64,000 bases of DNA from Bacteroides sp. (GTDB taxonomy: Bacteria > Bacillota > Clostridia > Lachnospirales > Lachnospiraceae): positions 32,461-96,460 of the forward strand of contig JAMPBO010000006.1 of the NCBI GenBank assembly GCA_023666705.1, written 5' to 3'. Position 1 is the first letter of the stretch; each line of letters starts with the position of its first letter. The notes below the pieces were generated by a model. The model saw only the letters and a program-made list of their open reading frames with translations, was not told where the DNA came from and ran no database searches. The position numbers and the translations under genes were made by a program. Shown here one piece after another: positions 59,901 to 64,000 of the stretch.

Positions 59901-60920
59901 TTTAAAGACGGAAAGCTGAAATTTGCAACAGGAAAGTTTTCTGTATATGCAGTAGCAATTGAGGAGGTTGTGCCAACCGCTATCAAGATTACAACCCCTC
60001 CAACCAAAACAAAATATACGGTTGGTGATAAGTTTGATAAGAAGGGAATGGTAGTTCAGGTAACATATTCTGATGGAACGACAAAGAATGTTACGGACTA
60101 TAAGGTATCGACGACTGCTGCTTTGAAAAAGACCGATAAGGCGATTACGGTTACATATGGAACCTGTACCGTAAAGCAGGCAATTACTGTAAGTGAAGTG
60201 GCAACCAAGGTAGGAGATACGGTGACCGTAGGTGGTAATACATACAAGGTTACCAGTGTTAAGGCAGGCAAGCAGGCTGTTACCCTTACAAGCGGAAGCA
60301 AGACGGCAGCTACAGTTACAATCCCTGCTACGGTTACAATTAAGAATGTAAAGTACAAGGTAACTGCAATTGCAGACAAGGCATTCTATAAACGCACAAA
60401 GCTTACAACCGTTAAGCTTTCAGCTAACGTAACAGCGATTGGTAAGTCTGCATTTGAAGGCTGTAGCAAGCTTAAGAAGGTGACATTTAATAAGAACCTT
60501 AAAACATTAGGCGATAAGGCATTTTACAATTGTAAGGCACTGACGCAGGTGACGCTTGGCAGCAAGGTTACAACAATCGGTAAGTCTGCATTTGCAAGCT
60601 GTACAAAGCTCGCAAAGGTAACACTTGGCACAGGACTTACAACAATAGGAAATACAGCATTCAACAAGTGTACAGCTTTGACATCTGTTGTGATTCCAAA
60701 GAATGTAAGCAAGATTGGAACGCAGGCATTTTACGGATGTAAGAAGTTAAAGACCATAACGATTCAGACAAGCAAGCTGACAACGAAGAATGTGGGAAAT
60801 AAGGCATTCAAGGGAATTTATGCAAAGGCAACCATCAAGGTACCAGCAAAGAAGTTAGCAAGCTATAAGAAAATCTTAAAGGCAAAGGGCGTAGGCTCAA
60901 AGGCTAAGATTAAAAAGTAA
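56916..60920 (+). CDS. Very large secreted surface protein: divergent N-terminal beta-rich region, Big/Ig-like domain, C-terminal BspA-type LRR module, lysine-rich tail
   Basis: RBS AAAAGGAGGA precedes ATG at 56916. The frame is open from 56772, but the signal peptide MRVKKKRAALLLVFCMVFSLFVGIPLNASA begins at 56916. The C-terminal 230 aa are ~65% identical to the C-terminus of the 33606-35213 LRR protein. Confidence 0.75.
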   Translation: MRVKKKRAALLLVFCMVFSLFVGIPLNASAEEGEQTGLLIQDDIYWDNDGVPALEENAQTKKATWANVLYGLTLHLSYMESEGATATVVSLENITVTLDEEDVKEKTVKANEKNNEMIDFTFDAVGDYIVTYNNSSITIHVSYPTIGFYTTNIPSVDSMIKDEIQKIDGEDKTVYMILHRGGWEKLDLGSVQYTKDDEENIDAGYFTITGPSKTLSTDPSEYLTEENYVYEIQINEDMKESFSFNVKVDLYRVTAAGEEGDLTYSFTDNPETSRQGINISYKQKKDGLFVVDWLDWGTPKLNDDSSPVLDDEGNAVYEEDGKVAPNPNAMPSKEIWQTISGCSLYLGYAANEIGEDAAMKDLTLAPVTAENITVLYEGTAAKEDKVKYYTNKNWDAEGNEVTNDTITDFEFYRTGTYTIQYTKDDVTSSVTVYVSLPEVGFYSSNTASESTYMRDGNYERGTEKSFYVIPRPENGEDATTYTYKLETEEVPDGAVYVEVDGAALNPEAEYTDTAKITITADARGGFGLKARGVATPAEGEPWEFDYYIYCEDTYETITIEDGVEHKGFAGCFISKDMYDASRMDPSLADTTLYWVHAETMQGVIDKLMETAEAGTVTVNGKSYTIENTGYIWANVSYFPEYKGNATKPLYVTTSDVEGILFASNFEMYYTEEKNDVGSYYEVKLWEKKNGGGEVTDEYVSCLMDDGKYYPVTRTGEEDSTENPLKFNVTTDGEGKTEDELIGEGYVLNEGYGIGCQWPELHVDATTNVKIIGDFSEAAENRANVYLGLYKDSDIVSLIVDGEENEDGNFDFKEITKNDIGKADITTNKGLVVKVNELKATMDATVVGNFISADAVTIEEDGGKALRDKIAIEELFADDEDLKKAIIDGEALDVSMNVKTVESSETESAPVKEGINKISTLIGSGKNKTSKIQYLDIGLQYQVGTKTGDIAETKEDITVSIDLPKDFAKAHADLSKSWTPVVYRYHDGKAEKLDSAFKDGKLKFATGKFSVYAVAIEEVVPTAIKITTPPTKTKYTVGDKFDKKGMVVQVTYSDGTTKNVTDYKVSTTAALKKTDKAITVTYGTCTVKQAITVSEVATKVGDTVTVGGNTYKVTSVKAGKQAVTLTSGSKTAATVTIPATVTIKNVKYKVTAIADKAFYKRTKLTTVKLSANVTAIGKSAFEGCSKLKKVTFNKNLKTLGDKAFYNCKALTQVTLGSKVTTIGKSAFASCTKLAKVTLGTGLTTIGNTAFNKCTALTSVVIPKNVSKIGTQAFYGCKKLKTITIQTSKLTTKNVGNKAFKGIYAKATIKVPAKKLASYKKILKAKGVGSKAKIKK

Positions 60921-60930
60921 CCAGTAAAAA

Positions 60931-60978
60931 ATGAGGCTGTCGCCTTAGGGGGGAACCCTTAAGGCGGCAGCCTTTTAT
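60931..60978. terminator. Bidirectional intrinsic terminator
   Basis: GAGGCTGTCGCCTTAGGG-gggaac-CCTTAAGGCGGCAGCC followed by TTTTATTT. An A-run precedes it. Confidence 0.65.
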
Positions 60979-60983
60979 TTCTT

Positions 60984-61011
60984 TATAGGAAATTCCTTTG
61001 AATTTCCTATA
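60984..61011. promoter_or_regulatory. Perfect 12-bp inverted repeat TATAGGAAATTC-cttt-GAATTTCCTATA
   Basis: Read directly. Lies between the terminator and the ppiB stop. The function is unknown; it could be a second hairpin terminator or a protein site. Confidence 0.4.
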
Positions 61012-61079
61012 GGCACGCTCCTTACGGAGCCTGCTAAGATTCGAACTACAGCGTCATAGACGCTTTGTTCTGGCTATGA

Positions 61080-61607
61080 TTAACACGTTTCAGGCTCATC
61101 GTATGTGACGCCCATCGTGTCAACGGTTATGGTTTTGATAACCTGGTCCTCCAGTGGTCTGTCCCCAAAGCCTGTCGGGACAGTGGCAAGCTTATTCACC
61201 ACATCAAGCCCCTCGGTAATTTTTCCAAATGCAGCATAAGCACCATCAAGATGAGGGCTTGTCTTATGCATGATAAAAAACTGGGAGCCTGCTGAGTTCG
61301 GCATCATGGACCTTGCCATGGAAAGAACACCCGGCTCATGCTTTAAGTCGTTTTGGAAACCGTTCTGTGAAAACTCTCCTTTGATGGAGTAGCCCGGTCC
61401 TCCCATGCCTGTTCCTTCAGGGCAGCCGCCCTGAATCATAAAGCCCTCTATAATTCTATGAAAAATAAGTCCATCATAAAATCCCTTGTTTATAAGGGAA
61501 ATAAAGTTCTTTACTGTATTGCCTGCAATGTCGGGATATAACTCGAATTTCATTGTGTCTCCACTTTCCATTGTTATGGTTACAATAGGATTTGTCAAAA
61601 TTATCAT
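61080..61607 (-). CDS. ppiB: Cyclophilin-type peptidyl-prolyl cis-trans isomerase
   Basis: FHRIIEGFMIQGGCP...GTGMGGPGY cyclophilin motifs. The true start may be the in-frame TTG at 61598, which gives MTNPIVTI. Confidence 0.85.
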   Translation of the reverse strand: MIILTNPIVTITMESGDTMKFELYPDIAGNTVKNFISLINKGFYDGLIFHRIIEGFMIQGGCPEGTGMGGPGYSIKGEFSQNGFQNDLKHEPGVLSMARSMMPNSAGSQFFIMHKTSPHLDGAYAAFGKITEGLDVVNKLATVPTGFGDRPLEDQVIKTITVDTMGVTYDEPETC

Positions 61608-61718
61608 CCTTTCTTGATATTTTCTATAAAAGATGTTACTATAATATCATTATTGTAAAATTACTTCAAGTATGTAATTTTATAAAAAATTATGTAAACT
61701 AGATTAGAGGGATAAGAA

Positions 61719-62810
61719 GTGAACAAGGTAGCAGGGTACATTAAAGGAATTATACTTACCATAGCGGTGCTTGCCTTATGTGGACAAGTAGTGAACTATG
61801 TTAAGGGATTTTATAATGAATACATGGAGGAATATGAGGGAACAGCGGTTCATGCGGGAGAGGATGTCGTGGTTGTGATTGACGAAGGAGACTCGGCAAA
61901 GACGATTGCAAGTAAGCTTAAGGATGCAGGATTGATTAAGTATCCCAGTGCATTTGTAAGAAGACTGAAGAATTCCCCATATAAAGGAAGCCTCCACAGC
62001 GGAACCTTTACACTGAATACAGGTATGAATACACTGCAGATGATGGAGGTGCTGTCACCAAAGCTTGCCGTGGATGAGCCGATTGACAAGCTGGTTGTTC
62101 CTGAGGGCTACACCATAGAAATGATTGCGGAACGGTGCTCGGAGCAGGGCATATGTACCAAAAAAGAATTTTTGGATGCGGTAAATTCCGTGACTTCCTC
62201 CGAGTTTGAGTATCTGAAGGATGTGCCTGCAGGAGCCGATGTTGAATATAAGCTTCAGGGATACATTTTCCCTGCAACTTACGATATTTACGAAAATACA
62301 ACCGCCGAATCACTTGTGGACTGGATGCTTGACACATTTGAAAATTATTATTCCGGTGACTTGGCAAATCGGGCAGCGGAGCTTGGTTACTCGTCCTTCG
62401 AGGTTGTCACAAGGGCATCTATTATTGAGCGTGAGGCGAAGATTGACAGTGAGAGGGCTACAATAGCAGGGGTAATCAACAACCGTTTAAACAATGGTAT
62501 GCAGCTTCAAATGTGTCCTACAGTTTTATACCCACTGACAAACGGCATGTATGATCAGGCACAGGTTTATTATTCTGACCTTGAGCTTGATTCTCCATAC
62601 AACACATACAAAAATACAGGTCTTCCGGTAGGACCGATTTGCAATCCGGGTCTGGCATGCATTGAGGCGGTGCTATATCCGGAGGAGCATGGCTACTATT
62701 ATTATCACGTAGCGGATGAAGATGCGGGAACCCATGTATTTACGGAAACCTATGAGGAGCATTTAAATCCTCAGATTATATATGATACGGATGAGCAGGG
62801 AACTGAGTAA
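61719..62810 (+). CDS. mltG: Endolytic murein transglycosylase (YceG/MltG family)
   Basis: GTG start after RBS AGAGGG. One N-terminal TM, then a YceG-like domain (...LYPLTNGMYD...YNTYKNTGLPVGPICNPG). Confidence 0.8.
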   Translation: MNKVAGYIKGIILTIAVLALCGQVVNYVKGFYNEYMEEYEGTAVHAGEDVVVVIDEGDSAKTIASKLKDAGLIKYPSAFVRRLKNSPYKGSLHSGTFTLNTGMNTLQMMEVLSPKLAVDEPIDKLVVPEGYTIEMIAERCSEQGICTKKEFLDAVNSVTSSEFEYLKDVPAGADVEYKLQGYIFPATYDIYENTTAESLVDWMLDTFENYYSGDLANRAAELGYSSFEVVTRASIIEREAKIDSERATIAGVINNRLNNGMQLQMCPTVLYPLTNGMYDQAQVYYSDLELDSPYNTYKNTGLPVGPICNPGLACIEAVLYPEEHGYYYYHVADEDAGTHVFTETYEEHLNPQIIYDTDEQGTE

Positions 62811-62863
62811 ACATTAAAATAAATGATGGTATTTACTTAATATATTAAATTAGGAGGGAAGCT

Positions 62864-64000
62864 ATGAGGACGTTTAACTTCAAGGCAAGAAATATTGGAG
62901 AGGAAAAGTATTTAACTTACACAATGGGGGAAGAGTGTGAGTTAGATGAGGACGTTCTGGATTATTGTGAGGAAAATGATGTAAAGGAAATATTGGATAT
63001 AATTTACGAAGAAGATGATGACTACGATTACCTCACATATGATATTACGGGAAGGGTTACGCTTGAGGATTACATTAAGAAGGAAATGAATGCGGAAAAG
63101 GTTCTCAATATTTTGAGAAATGTTGCATCGGGTCTTATTTCCCTCAAGGAGCAGGCAGTTCAGCTCTCGTACATATTGTTGAACAAAAGCTTTGTGTACA
63201 TTGATGAAGAAACATATGCACTTCAATTTATTTGTCTGCCGATTGAAAGCAAGGGGTCACTCGCTGTTGAATTTAAAGGCTTTGTGAGACAATTGCTTGC
63301 GAACATGAAGTATGATGTGGACGAGCAGCTTGGGTATGTTGGAAAGCTGCTGACCTATATCAATGGAGACTCCTTCAATTTACGTGGACTGGTAGGGTTG
63401 ACGGAAGCACTTATGGAGGAGTGCGAGATAAGCTTCGAGGAAGCAGGAACAATTGAGGCGGACGGAGTAGAGGTAGTATCGGAAGAACCTGAACTGAAAG
63501 CAGAGCCATCAGATAATGTTGCTGATTTTATGAATTATGCGGCAAGTGAGGGTGAAGTGCTTCCTGAAATAGGCGATGATGAGGAAGACGAGGATGAGGA
63601 TGAGGAAGAAATCGATGCTGCCATTGATGATGAGCTTGACAGCATACTTCCTGCAGGTATGAAGGTAGCTGAAAACGCAGATGCGGGCATGTCAGCAGAA
63701 GAAATTGAAAATGAAATACCTGAGATATCGATTGAGGATATAAAAGCTGAAGCAGTGCCTGAGGCAGAAGAAGCAATGCCACAGGTTGAGGAGATAAAAG
63801 CAGAGGCAGAACCGCAGGTTAAGGAGATAAAGGCAGAGGCGGCACCGTGGGTTGAGGAGATAAAAGCAGAGACAGAACCGCAGGTTGAAGAAGTAAAAGC
63901 AGAGACAGAACCGCAGGTTGAAGAAGTAAAAGCAGAGACAGAACCGCAGGTTAAAGAGGTAAAGGCAGAGACAGAACCGCAGGTTGAAGAGGTAAAGGCA
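62864..64000 (+). CDS. Partial CDS (5' part) of an acidic repetitive protein; N-terminal ~200-aa globular domain followed by an 11-aa repeat array, continuing beyond the window
   Basis: RBS AGGAGGG precedes ATG at 62864. The open frame runs to the window end with no stop. The repeat region is E/K/A/P-rich (EIKAEAEPQVE x N). Confidence 0.5.
   Translation, partial: MRTFNFKARNIGEEKYLTYTMGEECELDEDVLDYCEENDVKEILDIIYEEDDDYDYLTYDITGRVTLEDYIKKEMNAEKVLNILRNVASGLISLKEQAVQLSYILLNKSFVYIDEETYALQFICLPIESKGSLAVEFKGFVRQLLANMKYDVDEQLGYVGKLLTYINGDSFNLRGLVGLTEALMEECEISFEEAGTIEADGVEVVSEEPELKAEPSDNVADFMNYAASEGEVLPEIGDDEEDEDEDEEEIDAAIDDELDSILPAGMKVAENADAGMSAEEIENEIPEISIEDIKAEAVPEAEEAMPQVEEIKAEAEPQVKEIKAEAAPWVEEIKAETEPQVEEVKAETEPQVEEVKAETEPQVKEVKAETEPQVEEVKA
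63756..64000 (+). repeat. 33-bp in-frame tandem repeat array (at least 7 units, truncated by the window end)
   Basis: Consensus unit gaRgaRRtaaaRgcagagRcagaaccgcaggtt. Units differ by a few synonymous or conservative changes. Confidence 0.8.

Noticed and set aside
63756-64000. Possible CRISPR array at the window end, because of the regular 33-bp periodicity.
   Set aside because: The units are contiguous with no unique spacers, they are in-frame inside an ORF, and they differ only at wobble or conservative positions. This is a coding tandem repeat.
1-64000. Prophage, integrase, IS transposase, toxin-antitoxin or restriction-modification genes that might mark an island.
   Set aside because: None was recognisable. 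The only mobile-element-like items are the non-coding repeat families and the Rpn nuclease gene.

Overview
This 64-kb window looks like a chromosomal stretch from a low-GC Firmicute. Gene content (Rpn/YhgA-like nuclease, SpoVK-type AAA+ ATPase, CotS-like kinase, GH9 cellulase, Flg_new and BspA-type LRR surface proteins) points to a Clostridia, probably Lachnospiraceae-like, gut or rumen organism. It is mostly housekeeping and envelope genes: purO-purH, nadA, trkA-trkH, a eukaryotic His6-type hisA, proS, cca, mltG, ppiB, a phosphohexomutase, a PEPCK-family gene, a MATE transporter, two two-component pairs plus an orphan histidine kinase and a hybrid kinase, and several glycosylation genes (GT2s, a GtrA-YfhO fusion, UDPGP, LCP). 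No phage, CRISPR, integrase or IS transposase was seen. The sequence features that the annotated genes do not explain are non-coding and repetitive. First, a ~540-bp nested imperfect palindrome (28929-29465) is built from two head-to-head copies of a terminator-bearing ~135-bp MITE-like unit, and a third solo copy of that unit lies after proS. Second, a separate ~70-bp palindromic repeat family has three copies, two of which bracket the purO-purH operon. Third, a G6 homopolymer splits the signal peptide from the body of a BspA-type LRR surface protein, making it a phase-variation or frameshift candidate. Fourth, C-terminal LRR plus lysine-rich tail modules are shared between surface proteins. 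Fifth, a 33-bp coding tandem array runs off the window end. A Y-family polymerase with a YolD-like partner and a possible degenerate SOS box, an atypical SpoVK-like ATPase, and a membrane-tethered MerR with a textbook dyad-in-spacer promoter are smaller points. All domain assignments come from reading the translated ORFs by eye; no database search was run.
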